Shown in pieces: positions 14,801 to 29,350 of a stretch of DNA of 64,000 bases (positions within the stretch are counted from its first letter, which is position 1; each line of letters opens with the position of its first letter). Source of the stretch: the human T2T-CHM13v2.0 reference genome, Homo sapiens; NCBI RefSeq assembly GCF_009914755.1, contig NC_060937.1; one strand, given 5' to 3'. Both the position numbers and the translations under genes were made by a program. Below the pieces are notes generated by a model, which was given only the letters and a program-made list of their open reading frames with translations, ran no database searches and had not been told where the DNA came from.

Positions 14801-15106
14801 TTTTTTTTTTCTTTTTTTTCTTGAGACTGAGTCTCACTCTGTCGCCCAGGCTGGAGTACAGTGGCACGATCTCAGTTCACTGCAACCTCCACCTCCTGGG
14901 TTTAAGTGATTCTTGTGTCTCAGCCTCATAAGTAGCTGGGATTCCAGGCATGTGCCACCACGCCCAGCTAATTTTTTGTATTTTTAGTAGAAACGAGGTT
15001 TCACCATGTTACCCAGGCTGATCTCAAACTCCTGGGCTCAAGCGGATCCACCCGCCTTGGCCTCTCAAAGTGCTGGGATTACAGGTGTGAGCCATCGTGC
15101 CTGACC
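14801..15106 (-). mobile_element. Alu (S-type) with TSD CATGCCACTCTT
   Basis: Antisense Alu flanked by a direct repeat. Confidence 0.95.
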
Positions 15107-15948
15107 TTCATGCCACTCTTGAACCATTTGTCCTTCTTCCTCATGTAAAAACTATGGCTCCTTAAATTCAGAACCTCTTCTGGCAGCTGTAAACTCTTAA
15201 TATCATCTACTTGCACTGTGGCAACATTAATTATTCTTAGTATTCCAAAGTCTGTGTCTCCTGTCCAGATCTCCACTTTGAAGTTTGGATGGCAATATTC
15301 AAGCTCTTCCTCTACAATTCTATTTGGATGGCCCATAGACACCTTAGACTCAAGACAACCAGGACTGAATTCATTTTGAACCACCCTCAAGTTCACCTGC
15401 AAGCCTGCTATTATCAGGACTGAGCCATATTTTTACTGATAGATGCCATCTGGTTAACTCATTCATCCTCATCCGAGCTGTAGGGAATCGTTTGAGCACA
15501 GGGAACCAGAGAGCCATGTTTAATAACAAAGAATTCTACATTCTAACTATGTTCTCCTGGTCTCCCTTACGATCACCACACAGTAATCAACTTACGAATA
15601 ACATTTGTCCTGCCCTTATGCTAAAGTAAATAGATTTTTCAGTGTGCATTATTTGCATGGACCCAAGGAGCTATTACCACTTTTATGTCCATAAAACATA
15701 AGTACCATATTTTTTTACCTCATACGGGTAGATTCCCAGGAGTAAAAATAACAGTGGGGCTTTATATGAAATAATTTCTAACTGGAAGTAATTTATTCTT
15801 TCTTCAAATCTTCATAACACCTTTAATCTAATTCCTTGGGTATATATTTCTTTATGTGGATACAGGGATGATTTTCTTTATGTTTGGACCCCTTGCTGAG
15901 CAGCATGATGCCTCATGAGTGGTAGATTCACAGTGCATGCTTGGCAGT

Positions 15949-16352
15949 TGTTATGAAAAAAACCTGGGATTGTAATTTCCCCCCGCCTCCAACCTGGGAA
16001 GGGGCCAAGAGACGAAGGAATGACTTGGATGAGTCCAGCTTGATGAGTAGATGAGTTTGTTAAGACTTATATACAGGGCAATCCTGGGTGGCAGCAGCAC
16101 AACTCCAGAGATCTCCCCTGTCACCCATCTCTCAGCTGCTTTTAAGCTAATTTTCTGGCTATTTGCTTACTGTGTATTTGCAATGAGAATATTTTCCTTG
16201 GTATGTTCCCACCTACATTCTGGGATATTTGGGTTCTCAGGGACACCTGCTCCTTGGCTGGGCACCATGGTCTTGGCTCACTGCCTGGCCTTCATGATTC
16301 AAGCAGTGGATGTACACCCTTAAGCAACCTGATGGGGGACCTGTCACACTAC
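15949..16352 (-). mobile_element. ERVL-type solo LTR (LTR18-like)
   Basis: Ends GGGGGACCTGTCACACTACA; resembles LTR18 by recognition. Confidence 0.6.
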
Positions 16353-16873
16353 AGTGGTGGTGTGATGGTCTCCTCACTGGCTAGTCCCAAAGCATTGCTT
16401 TCTAAGGCACCAAATAACAACAGGAGCAATTTATGCCACATCTTCTGTTCCGTCGCTCTACGTAAACAAATGCAAACCCATTGAGGTGTTTTGGGGGAAG
16501 TGTATAATCCTCATGGTTTGGTAAATGTTTAATCATTATAATATTTTTATCTGGGTCACTGTCATTGCTGGCCAAAAATGCATATTCTAGGAAGATTCTG
16601 TGCTTGCATGGTTTCACCCTCATTTCTTAACTAATCTTCCTTGTGACATTTGTACTGTACCTGATGGCATTTGTATCATAAAACAGAATATAAATAAATA
16701 CATACACTACAAACTACAGTTTGTTACAGTGATATTAACAAGCACACACATTTGTACTTTATTGAGATAGCAGCTCTCTGTGATACTGGGAAAATCAAGA
16801 TGAAGGTTGCTTCAGAGTCTGCTCATAGGGAAAATACATTCCCTGGACAACTATGAAGAGGAGTTGGGATTTA

Positions 16874-17180
16874 TTTACTTATTTATTTATTTATTTATTT
16901 ATTTTTTTGAGACAGAATCTCGCTCTGTCACCCAGGCTGGAGTGCAGTGGGCTCACTGCCACCTTTGCCTCCCGGGTTCAAGCAGTTCTCCTACCTCAGC
17001 CTCCTGAGTAGCTGGGACTACAGGTGCATGCTGCCATGCCTGCTTAATTTTTTGTATTTTAGTAGAGACAGGGTTTCACCACGTTGCCCAGGCTGGTCCC
17101 GAACTCCCGAGTTCGGGCAATCTGCCTCCCTCGGCTTCCCAAAGTGATGCAATTACAGATGTGAGCCAGCGTGCCCGACC
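16874..17180 (-). mobile_element. Alu with (TTTA)n tail and TSD AGGAGTTGGGATTTA
   Basis: Antisense Alu; 15-bp direct repeat on both flanks. Confidence 0.95.
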
Positions 17181-18054
17181 AGGAGTTGGGATTTAATACA
17201 TACACTGAGGGAGCTGCGGAGGCCTGCAGACACATGGGGGTTCTTTCTCTTCGGAACCCTCTCATTTTAGCAGATCCACCAAAGTGGCCATAAGCATCCT
17301 CTCCCAATCCGGCCTTTGAAGAGAACTCATGTGCATCTCACAGCTTCCTCTGACAGCAACGGTGTATTGCCTGTCACACTCTCATTTGGCAAGTGTCCAA
17401 CTTTGAAAAGTTTTACATTTTAGTGAACCTTAATTAAATCATTTTATGAGCATAAATGATCATAATTTTTAAATGATTATAATTTCAGTAACTAAAGAAA
17501 TGCAGATAGACAAAATGCCCTTTATATTAATCTCACTGCACTCAGACACTTGCGATCTTGAAGTATTCTAATTAAACTTTCATTAACCTAGTGTTTAAAG
17601 GAGAAGTCCTATTCCTAATGCAGGCAGTTTGCATTTATAAGTTCTGACAAGCTGCTTGGTACCAGACAGTCAAAAGTGATGAACAGTCTTGGCAGATTAA
17701 AATGTAAATTTGATTGAAGAAAGCAACCTACAAAAATTTATGCTTCTGTATAATCTATGTGATTAAATGTTACTTGTTGCAAAGCTAATGTTTCTGACAC
17801 TTTCAATTACAGCTTTTGGAAGTTTTATTCCACATCATTTAATCTATTTTAAATAATTCTCCCTTTTAAGCTTTGCACATAGTGATGCATATTTAGCGTC
17901 AATCTCCAATGCAAATTTGGAAATAGTCCATGTCCAGTCTACAACAAACTCATTTTATATGGAGATAACAAGCTTTAAAAGCTAAACCTTCAATTCTTTT
18001 TCTTATGAGTAAGAAAGTATTTGGTCTCAGCATGACTACTCTTGTCCTTTTTAA

Positions 18055-18655
18055 AAAAAATGTTAAAAAAACACATAACATAAAATTTTAGTAAAGTTGT
18101 GATAACTATATTCCCATCGTCACATAACAGATATCCAGAACTTTCTCATCTTGCAAACGGGAAACTTTGTACCCATTGAATAACAACTCTTCATTTCTCT
18201 CTACCCTCAGCTCCTGGCAACCATCATTCTACGTTATGTTCTGATGAGTTCGAGGATCTTAGATACCTCATATAAATGGAATCATACAGTACTTGTCTTT
18301 TTGCGAGTGGCTTATTTCATCTAGGATCATATCCTTAAGGTTCATTTATGTTGTAATGTGTGACAGGATATCCTTTGTGAAGGCTGCATAATATTCTATT
18401 GTATGGATATACCACATTATCTTTATCCATTCATCTGTGGATGGACATTTGGGTTGCTTCTACCTCTGGGCTGTTGTGAATAATACTGCAGTGAACACAG
18501 GTATACAGATATCTCTTTGGGATCCTGCTTTCAATTCCCTTGGATATATACCCAGAAGTGAGATTACTGGATCATATAGTAATACTATATTTTATCTTCA
18601 GAGGAATCTCTATAGTGTTTTCCATAGCAGCAGCACCATTTTACACTCCCACAAA
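18055..18655 (-). mobile_element. L1M 3' region, antisense
   Basis: ATCCATTCATCTGTGGATGGACATTTGGGTTGCTTC...GATTACTGGATCATATAG motifs. Confidence 0.88.
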
Positions 18656-19261
18656 TCTAATGCCATTTTTATGACAGATTATATTAGCTAAATATTGAAT
18701 AATACTAGTAATTATTTTAAAATAAAATACTAATCATATAAGATTGTTAGACAGCCATAGAACTGAGCTGCCAGTAGCTTTCATTAGTTTGTAACAGTAA
18801 ATTTAGTAATGTGCTGCTTTGCCACTGTCCAAGTTTTGCTTCGTTTTGTTTTAATTCATGAATTTGAACTGTCAAAACGCTGCTCTATCATAAGCCAATT
18901 GAAATGAAATTTTCATGTAGTGCAAAGAAAATTATAAGCCTAGGAAGAAAATTGCCATTTCTAAATTATTTCCTCAGTCTGAGGAAAATTAGAAGTGAGC
19001 TTCTATGGTTCAGGTTGACTGATAATGCCCCACAAAGTGAGTCAGGCCACCCTATCAGCTGTAACCTCCTGCTGAGATAAGAGACTCCTTATGTTGACAT
19101 TCAACCTAGGATTGGCATTACATCTCACTATAGAACTTCACTTCTTGTTCTAGTTCCTATTTGAACCAGTGTTAAAGGGTCACTCCTGTTGCAAAGGGTT
19201 CTGCAGTCTTCCTTGCTTTATATGAAAAAACAATGCCCAACTGTCATTGAATTTGTGTGTG

Positions 19262-19263
<2 letters not shown>

Positions 19264-19299
<36 letters not shown>
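19264..19299. repeat. (GT)n microsatellite
   Basis: About 18 uninterrupted GT units. Confidence 0.95.
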
Positions 19300-19300
<1 letters not shown>

Positions 19301-19374
19301 GTCAATATGGGAACTTTATCGTGGGTTTCAAGGTGGGAAATTGATTTTGTACATATAAAAGCATTTTGGCCTTT

Positions 19375-19660
19375 GATTAGTCTATAAATTTAATTCAATT
19401 CCTATCAAAATTCAGCAAGGTTTCTCTAGACAAAAACAAGCTTATTTTAAAATGTCTATGGAAAGGCACAAATCCTAGAATAGGTAAGAAGATTTTGAAA
19501 AAGAAGAATCAAGTTGGAGGAATCATTGTACCTGATTTTAAGATTTACTATATAGCAGTTATCAAGACGGTATGGCATTGGCAGAGGGATAAATGCATAG
19601 ATCAATGGACAGAACAGAGAACCTAGAAATAAACCACACACATATGCTCAACTGATTTTA
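19375..19660 (+). mobile_element. L1 ORF2 fragment
   Basis: ATAGATCAATGGACAGAACAGAGAACCTAGAAATAAACCAC motif. Confidence 0.8.
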
Positions 19661-20235
19661 AAAAGCACTTTATGCCTCATATTAGCACAAAATCATATTT
19701 TTATTGATTTCAGCCTCTTTTGCCTCTGGGTTTTTGTTTGCAGTGCCATTTCCGCAAACTGTACATTTCTCGTCTCTTCAGAGAAACTTCACTGACTCTT
19801 CCAGCCTGAAGTAGTATCTTCTACTTCTAAGCTTAGGAAGAAGCATTTCATATTTTGGCTTCTCATTCAAGCCAGGGATCCATAATAGGAAATTAAGACA
19901 TTTTAGCACTCACAATGAAAGCAAGAGACCATAGGAGAAGAAAAGCTAGGACTGCTGAGATTATTGTAGCCTGGTTTTCTCCACTGAGCTTCCAAACTTT
20001 TCTGAGAACGGTCAATAGAATGGGTTGTAAGCTCACCGAGGCAAGAGCGGTTTCTGTCTCATTCACTGCTACATGAGTTTGCCATGTGAATTGAGTGCCC
20101 ATGCTGCCAGGCACTGAGCTACCTAGACACACACAATCTTTGAACCTCTGTATCCCTACTCTACCAGCTAGCAGAGAGGAGACCCTCAAATCCTACCCTC
20201 AAGAAGTATTTGTGGACAGATTGACTGAATGACTA

Positions 20236-20646
<411 letters not shown>

Positions 20647-21269
20647 TCATATTTATCTAGAGTAGTCTTCCAAACCCAAAATTTATGTTTCAACTGACCT
20701 TCTATTTGATATAAAAAATGGGTCTCTGGCTACTAAACAGTTGCAGCCTGAGAGCTCAGGTCTCCAATACCATGGAGTATGAATAAAGCAGAGTGAACCC
20801 TCTTCTTTGTGATTTCCACGTGGCTTGACACGTACTAGTCCCCACTGAGTGAGGGTCACACCTTCACTAGTTGGGGCAAATATACAGTGCACTGCAGCTA
20901 ATTCTAAAATGCACAAATTCCTAGAGAATGCCAAAAGTGAAAGTGTACTGCCTCAGGGTACAGCAGAGAAAATCACAAACATTTGCAGCATCACAGCACA
21001 GCACTAAGCCTGGCGGTCTGCCTGCAGCCCTCTGGTAATTGCATTCACCTCTGAAAAGGATGTGAGGGTTAATTTCTTTAGAAACATTTTTTTTTTCGCA
21101 GATCTCCTTGGTTGTGTCAATGGTAATTTATGTAGCAAAAATTGTAAAAACATAAGTCATTGGTCAGCCATCATATAAAACTATACTTTGGGTTACCAAT
21201 AAAGAGGTTGTGAATAAGCATGTTTCCAAAAACAATTCTTAAAATATTATTTTGGAGTCTATGTTTTGG

Positions 21270-21402
21270 TAGGATGGCCAGATAAAATACAGGATGTCTG
21301 GTTAAATCTGAATTTCAAATAATAAAAAATGTTTTACTGTAAGTATGTCCCTTTCAACATGTGGAACATACTTATACTAAAAGAGTATTTGTTGTTTTTC
21401 TG
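21270..21402. mobile_element. MER53 palindromic DNA-transposon fragment
   Basis: CCAGATAAAATACAGGATG...GAATTTCA...TAAGTATGTCCC/GGAACATACTTATACTAAAA; right end truncated by an L1 fragment. Confidence 0.75.
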
Positions 21403-23639
21403 TTTTGAGAGCTGGAGGTAGAAAGGGGGAGGGCACAAGGGATCTTTTGGGGGCAACGAAAATATTCTAAATTTGGATTGTGGTGATTCTGTAACTGAAA
21501 ATTTACCAAAAAAAAACTGAATTTTGCACTTCAAATGGGTGAACTGTATGATGTGTAAATTATACTTAAATGAAGCTTAGAAAATGCCCATGTTTTATTT
21601 TAGATGACCAAGGCTAATATATTTGTATTTGATGGAAAAGTTAAATATTTTTGGTAGTGTTGTTATCAGCAAATCAGGTGATTAAAAATGGAGGAATTTT
21701 TAAAATGTTACAGTACTGTATAAATACAACATAGTTTAATATTTCTCTTACTAATCCCAGCATGCATCTTTCATGATTGTATTTTGCTATTAAAATAATT
21801 CCATCTGTAATAAAATTTTGCCAGATGTGATTCTCTGCATTTTTGTCAATGGGACAACTGAACTGCAGATATTGAGTAGCTCAAGGTCACATCACGACAG
21901 GAATGGGACCATCCCACCAGAAGCTATCTGACCCCTAGCACAATGTTGTTCCAAAATACCATGTGCAATTAATGGAGAAAACAGTTATACTCATCCTTTT
22001 TCACCCATTAAAAAAATTTTGTACTATAATAAAAATGTGCAGATGGAAATAAAAGCACCAAGGTAAGATGATGTCAAAATGACTGCAGAAAGATCTTCTG
22101 TGATAGTCATCATGCCTTTCCTTCATTCAACAGTTATTTATTGCATGACCACATGTCACACACTGTGCCCCAAGATACAGTAATGACAAACATGAGAGAC
22201 ACTGTTTTTACAGATCTCCCAATGAGAGAAGAATTTCTAGAATTTTTTCTTTTTTGTCATTTGACCTATATTACTTCTTCTTGTTTCTACACAGCTATTC
22301 ACTCACAAGATATGACAGAAGAGATTTAAAAAATTACCATAATAATTGACCTATTATCCTCTATGAGTCTCATCATCTGATAAAGATTTATTCTCAATTA
22401 TATAAAAATCATCAGTTATTGTTAAATAAGAAACTCAGTATATGTAGACTCCTCCAGTCTCTTGGATTTACATATATAGTTTTAATTGTACAATATTATT
22501 GTAAAAGTTAATATCCTTTCAATGTATCTGATTTAAAATTACCACAGAGCATTGTGGGATTAAAGGAGTACTGTGTCAAGAGAACACTGAATTTTATTCT
22601 ATATAATTCAATGGAAGGAATCAGAAAACAGCAGCTCCCTGCAGGGCCCCAAATGGTTAATTAACATTATGTGAGTGACAGACTTGGGATCTCTGAGCTG
22701 ATGTGGTATGAAGCTAAAAGATCTCCAGTAGCAACTGACAAAACAATCATTATAATTTGCCTCCATGAGACAAAGAAGAAATCAAACTCCTGAAGGAGCT
22801 GAAAATTTTCCCTAAGCAGACATTTACTATAATTATTATTTTTATTGCTACTCTTCATATTCCTAATAGTTAGTACTGTTACTATGGAATTTAAAATCAA
22901 CTGGTGGCATTGATTGGCATGAAGATGAATGTTCCTAATAAAGAACATACACCAAAAGGAGGCTTCCCGTGATGACATCTGACTGGAGCAGAAATCATTG
23001 TTTTTATGTTCTAATGCACTTGAAGTATTATGTTTTCAACTGCTCCATAAATTCAAATACTTCCTAAATAATACATATTTTCTTCTAAAATGTGCTTACT
23101 TTCCCTTAATTTTTTATTTGTAATTAGTATTAATGCATGATATTGAGTGTTGTATCTTCCAAATAATGTTCAGGGTGGATTTATCTTGTAGGAATCCAAT
23201 ATCATTTGATGAAAGTAATTTAGAAAGCTATCCCACAGATTGCTACAATATCCCTTTCTTGGTATGATTTGAATGTAGTCCCATCATCTATGTTTACTGG
23301 CATTTAGGGCTTAGCTTTAATTACTATAACCCCCACCCAGGGCCTTTATGGAATAACCATTTACCACGGTAGTTTTGACCTCAGAGGTTGATGACATGTT
23401 GGAAATTTGCATATGTTTACACCACACAGGCTGAGGCTAGGGTATGGGAGTCGATCGCTTGGCTCCTGAGCAAAGCTATATCTGTGGTTTCTTGTTCTCT
23501 ACTCTTCTGAAATGATACAACTTTATTCCTTTGTAAAAAAAAGAGACTGAAAGAAAGCCAACTACTAGTCCTGATAATGCATGTAAAAACAAAGTGAGGA
23601 AGATGTATTTAGAATTTATGTTTTGTACAAACAGTGGAA

Positions 23640-24390
23640 TTATCAGGGAAATGCAAATTAAAACTACAATGAGATACTAACTCACTCCTACAAGAAGGAG
23701 TAAAAAGTCAAAAAACAATAGCTGCTGGTGTGGATGTGATAAAAAGGGAACACTTTTACACTGCTGGTGGGAATGTAAATTAGTACAACCACTATGAATT
23801 CCTTAAAGAACTAAATGTAGAACTACCATTCAATCCAGCAATCTCACTATTAGGTATCTACCCAAAGGAAAAGAAGTCATTATATGAAAAAGACACATGT
23901 GCGTGCATGGTTATAGCAGCCCAATTTGCAATTGCAAAGATATGGAATCAACCTAAATGCCCACTGTCCAAAGAGTGGATAAAGAAAATGTGGTATATAT
24001 ACACCATGAAGTACTACTCAGTCATAAAAAGGAACAAAATAATGCCTTTTACAGCAACTTTGATAGAGCTGGAGGCCATTATTCTAAGTGAAGTAGCTCA
24101 GGAATAAAAAACCAAATAGTATATGTTCTCACTTATAAGTGGGAGCTAAGCTATGAGGATGCAAATGCATAAGAATGATATAATGGACTTTGGGACCCTG
24201 AGGGGAAGGACGAGAAGAAGGTGAGGGATAAAAGGATACACATTGGGTACAGTTTACACTGCTTGGGTGATGGGTGCATCAAAATCTCAGAAATCACTAA
24301 AGAACTTAGCCATGTAAGTTCTTTATAAAAAAACCACATGTACCCCCAAAACTAGTGAAATAAAAATAAAAATTAATTATTAAAAAACCC
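23640..24390 (+). mobile_element. L1 3' end (ORF2 C-terminus and 3'UTR)
   Basis: ORF 23907-24107 AQFAIAKIWNQPKCP...WIKKMWYIYTM matches the ORF2p C-terminus; A-rich tail. Confidence 0.92.
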
Positions 24391-24399
24391 AATGCTAAT

Positions 24400-26825
24400 A
24401 ATACCTGAATGACAGTCAACAGAGGGAGCAAGAGATTGAAAACTGATGAAAAAAGAAACTGGCAAATCTCCCTAGTTAGGAATCTACAAGCACACATTCT
24501 GAAAAGTCACATATACAAAAACAGTTTAAGAAGACCCCATAATTTCTAGCATAACTGATTGGTACACGTCTTCCTCTGTACAAAACCAGTCCATAACGAC
24601 TGGCAGAGGTGGCCTTTTTTTTTTCAAATATATGAATACCTACACAGAGTTACAATAAGTATGAAGAAATAAGAGAATATAACCCATCAAAAAAACAAAA
24701 TAGGTCTCCAAAAACTGATCCTAAAGAAATGGAGGTATATTAATCATATGACAAAGAATTCAAAACAACCATCATAAAGATGCTCAATGAGCCTGGAAAA
24801 ATGATGCATAAACAAAATGAGAATTTCAACACAGAAATAGAAAATGTAAAAAATAACCAAATAGAATTTTGGAGCTGAAGAATGCAATAACTGGTCTCAA
24901 AAAAAAAAATCACTAGATGAGTTCAAAAGCAGATCTGATCAAGCAGTAGAAAGAATCAGTGAACTTGAAGACTAGTCATTAGAAATTAACCAGTCAGAGG
25001 AGGAAAAAGAAAAAAGGAATGAAAGAGTTAAGAAAGCCTAAGCACTTCTAGGGTTTCTAACACACTCATTATGAGGGTCCTAGAAGGAGAACAGAGAGAG
25101 AGAAAAGTACAGAAAGCTTATTTAAAGAAATAATGGCTAAAAACTTGCCAAATCTGAGGAAGAAAATTTACATTTAGATTTAAAAAACCCAAACAACCTA
25201 AAATAGGATCACCTAAATCCCTAAATCCAAAGGAATCCACACTTAGAGACATTATAATAAAATTGTCAAAAGTCAAGACAAAGAGAGAATTTGAAAGCAG
25301 CAAGAGAAAAGCAACTCGTTTCATAAAGTGAACCCCATAAGGCTGTCAGTGGGTTTCTCAGCAGAAACCATGTAACTCAGAAAGGAGTGGAATGATACAT
25401 TCAAAGTGCTAAAAGAAAAAATACTACCAATCAAGAATACATCTGCCAAAACTGTCTTTCAAAAGTAAAAAGAGACAAATACTTCCTCAGATAAACAAAA
25501 GCTGAGGGAGTTCATCATTTCTAGAGCAGTCTTACAAGAAATGCTACAGGAAGATCGTCAAGCTGAAATAGCAATGCAAAAACATATGAAAGTATAAAGC
25601 TTATTCATAAAGGTAAATACATAGACAAATACTGAGCACTGTAATACTGTAACAGTGGTGCCTAAATCACTTTAAATTCTTGTACAGAAGTTAAAAGACA
25701 AAGCATATAAAACTATAAAAGTATGCTAATGGATACACAATACAAAAACATGTAATTCGTGACATCAATAACATAAGTGTGTGTAGAAGGAAGTAAAATT
25801 GTAGTTTCTGTATGCTATGGAAGTTTTTATCAACTTAAAATAGTTTGTTACAACTATATGATGTTTTATAACAGTGCCATGGTAACCACAAAGAAAATAC
25901 CTGTAGAAGATGCACAAAAGGAAATAAGAAAAAATCCAATTATAGCACTTAAAAAAATCAATAAAATGCAAAAGAAGACAGCCAAGAGAAAAAGAGGGAC
26001 AAAAATGACAAGGCAGACATAAAAAAATGTAAATGGTTATAATAAGTTTTTTGTATCAATAATTACTTTAAATGTAAATTAAACTTTCAACTAAAAGACA
26101 TATAGTAGCTGAATGACTAGCATCAAGGTCCAACTATATGCTGTCTACAAGAGACCCACTTTAGAGTGAAGGACACACATAGGCTAAAAGTGAAAGGATG
26201 CAAACAGAAATTCCATGCAAATAGTAACCAAAGAGAGCAGATATGGCAGTATTTATATCAGACAAAATAGACTTTAAGTTGTAAACTGTTACAAGAGAAA
26301 AGAAGATCATTACATAAGGATAACAGGGCCAATTTAGCAGGAGGATATAAAAATATTAAATATATATGTATGCAATATCACAGCACTTTAATATACAAAG
26401 AAAATGTTGACAGAACTGAAGGGAGAAAAAGACAGCATCACAATAGTAGGAGATTTTAATACACCATTTTTAATCATGAATATTACATTGAGAACAAAGA
26501 TCAATATGGAAACAGAAGTCTTGAATAATGCTATAGACCAAATTAACCTAACAGACATTTCACTCAATGGCAGTGGAATACACATTACCACAAGCAGATG
26601 GAATATTCTCCAGGATATATCCCGTATAAGGTCATGAAACAAGTAAACGCTTTTAAGAAGTTTGACATAATAACAAGTATCTTGTCTGGACACAATAAAA
26701 TGAAGTGAGAAATCAACTGCAGAAATAAAACTGGAAAATTCACAAGTATGTGGAAATTTATTCTTAAATGAGTCAAAGAAGAAACCAAAAGGAAAATTTA
26801 AAAACTATCTTGAGAGAAAGAGAAA
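24400..26825 (+). mobile_element. Old L1M 5' half (decayed ORF1 and ORF2 endonuclease)
   Basis: ORF 26404-26637 contains the endonuclease motif IVGDFNTP; ORF1-like A-rich segment 24700-25560; many stops. Confidence 0.88.
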
Positions 26826-26829
26826 CAGC

Positions 26830-27016
26830 CTTTTTGTTCTAGTCAAGTCTTCAATTGATTGGATAAGGCCAACCCACATTGGGAAGGGTGGTCTCTTTTA
26901 CCCAGGCTACAGATTCGCATGTTAATCTCATTCAGAAACACTGTCACAGGCACACCCAGAATAATGCTTAGACAAATGTCTAGGTACCCCTTGGCCCAGT
27001 CAAATTAACCATTACA
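26830..27016 (-). mobile_element. MLT2 (ERVL) LTR fragment
   Basis: CACACCCAGAATAATG...GGCCCAGTCAAATTAACCATTACA. Confidence 0.75.
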
Positions 27017-27019
27017 TCT

Positions 27020-27750
27020 GTCATATGCTACAACATGGATGAACCTTGATGACAGTATGTCAAGTGACATAAGCCAGTCACAAAAGGACAAATATTGCAT
27101 GATTCCACTTACATGATATATCCAAAGTAGTCAAACTCATCTCATGTAGTTTGGATGTTTGTTCCCTCCAAATCTCATGTAGAAATATGATTCCCAGTGT
27201 TGGAGGTGGGGCCTGGTAGAAGGTGATTGGATCATTGGAGCAGATCCCTCATGAATGGTTTAGCTCTCCTTGGTGATAAGTGAGTCCTGTTCAGTTCACA
27301 CAAGATCTAAATGTTTAAAAGTCTGGGACCTGTCCTTTCCTCTTGCTCCTGTTGTTGCCTTGTGACATGCTTGCTCCACATTTGCCTTTCACCATGAGTA
27401 AAAGCTCCCCTGAGGCCTCCTCAGAAGCCAAGCAGATGCTGGTATCATGCTTGTACAGTCTGCAGAACAGTGAGCCAATTAAACCTCTTTTCTTTATAAA
27501 TTACACAGTCTTAGGTATTTATAACAATGTAAGAACAGCCTAACACATCATCAAAGCAGAAAGTTGAATGTGATTGCTGGGGCTTTGGGGAAACAGGGAA
27601 TTATGTAATGGGTATAAATTATACAAGATGAAAAAGGTCTAAAGATCTATTCTACATCATTGTGTTTATAATTAACTAATGTCTTGCACATTTAACAATT
27701 TGTTGAGAGGGTAGATCTCATGTTTTGTGTTTTTTTAACCACAATAAAAA
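27020..27750 (+). mobile_element. L1M 3' end interrupted by an MST LTR
   Basis: ACAACATGGATGAACCTTGA...GCCAGTCACAAAAGGAC, resuming at AAAGCAGAAAG after the LTR. Confidence 0.8.
27142..27547 (+). mobile_element. MaLR MST-type solo LTR with TSD TCATC
   Basis: GGAGGTGGGGCCTGG...GAGCCAATTAAACCTCTTTTCTTTATAAATTAC; TSD at 27137-27141 and 27548-27552. Confidence 0.9.
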
Positions 27751-28004
27751 AGTAATATGAATTAGCTTTTTAGTAATGATTTACTCTTATAGATTATTAA
27801 AGATCCACCTTATGTTAAATCATTAAAGTAAAGGCCATGAACCAACTTGAAAAATAATTTACAAAGTCTCTGTTTCCAAATAAGATTTCATTTCAAGTTA
27901 TAAGAGTTAGGACTTCAACATATCTTTTTATTTGAGTGGGGGCCACAATCTAACCATAACCTCAATTTGTCATTTGTTCATTATAAAAATGTCATTAAAG
28001 CAAT

Positions 28005-28381
28005 TGTTATGGACTGAATTGTGTCCCCTCCTAAATTCATAGGTTCAAGTCCAAATGCCCAATGTGACTATATTGGGAGATAGGGCTTTTAAGCAGGTAA
28101 TAATGGTTAAGTGAGGTCATAGGTTGGGTCCTTAATACAATAGAACTGGTGTACGTATAAGAAGAGGAAGAGATACAAAAGAGCCCTCTCTCTCCACACA
28201 TGCACAGAGAAAAGGCCACATGAGGACACAACGACAAGGCCCCATCTGTAAGCCAGGAAGCGAGGCCTCAGAAGAAAACAATGCCACTGGCACCGTGATC
28301 TTGGACTTGGAAATACGTGTCTGTGGTTTAAGCTACCCAGTCTGTGGTATTTTGTTTTGGCAGATTTAGCCAACTAATACA
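28005..28381 (+). mobile_element. MLT1A-like LTR
   Basis: TGTTATGGACTGAATTGTGTCCCC...CAGTCTGTGGTATTTTGTT...CTAATACA. Confidence 0.85.
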
Positions 28382-28969
28382 ACAACTTAACAATGAAAAC
28401 ACCATATATATTTTCTTGTACCTTTCACATATCCTATATCAGTCTTCAAACAGCTGAAAGGATATAGAATAGAATGAAAGGGTAAAAGAGGAAGAATCAT
28501 TTGTAGTCTTTTAGTACCTGTGGCTGTTATGATTTCTTTACATTACCAGTGTTAGCAAATTCTCAATAAATATCTCAGATTCATTAGGGCTGTAGATTTC
28601 CAGATAAAAGTTGTTAATAAATAATTGTTTAGAGTATCCTTCAAATTAATTGCTAAATAAAGAAAAAATAGCAAAAGAAAAAAAATTTCTTTCTCATACC
28701 CAATATGACAGTAATTAAAAAAAGGTAAAAAGTGACAATTTGATAAGTTACCGATGCAGAATGTCTATAACTTAAACCTCACCCACAATCTCTTAAGTTA
28801 TAAGCTAATGTTTAACATTGGTGTAATTATTTATGATAGGACTGGTGTCCCAATTTCTAATGTAAACATCCTCTTAGGGTTTCTAGTTCCAAACTGTAGC
28901 TGGATCTATTTCCCTTCACCGGTAGTATAGATATTGGTTTGGCAGCATGGTAAGTAGAATTCTATGTTC

Positions 28970-29350
28970 TCTTTAGGGACTTAGAGACCTTGAGGAAGAC
29001 CCCCGCCACCCCAGCCCACCACTGTAAGCTTGGAAGGAGGTCATGTGCCAGGAAATGTGGACAGCCCCTAGAAACTGAGAATGAGCCCTAGTCGACAGCC
29101 AGCAGGGCACCAGGGACCTGAGTTCTACAACTGCAATGGGCTGGATCCTGCCAATAACCTGTATGAACTTGAAAGAAATGCAGCCCTGCTAATGCCTTGA
29201 TTTTGGCCTTAAGCTATTGGGAGCAGAGAACCACCTGAACCATGCTGTAATAAGACTTCTTATCTACACATCTATGAAATAATAAATACGTCATCTTAAG
29301 ATGCTCTATTTGTGGTAATTTGTGACAGCAGCTATAGAAAACTAATAAAA
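28970..29350 (+). mobile_element. MLT1 LTR fragment (older subfamily)
   Basis: CTACAACTGCAATGGGCTGGATCCTGCCAATAACCTG...TTTGTGGTAATTTGTGACAGCAGC. Confidence 0.7.

Noticed and set aside
24400-26825. L1 ORF1/ORF2 as an active element
   Set aside because: Many stops and frameshifts; truncated before the RT domain
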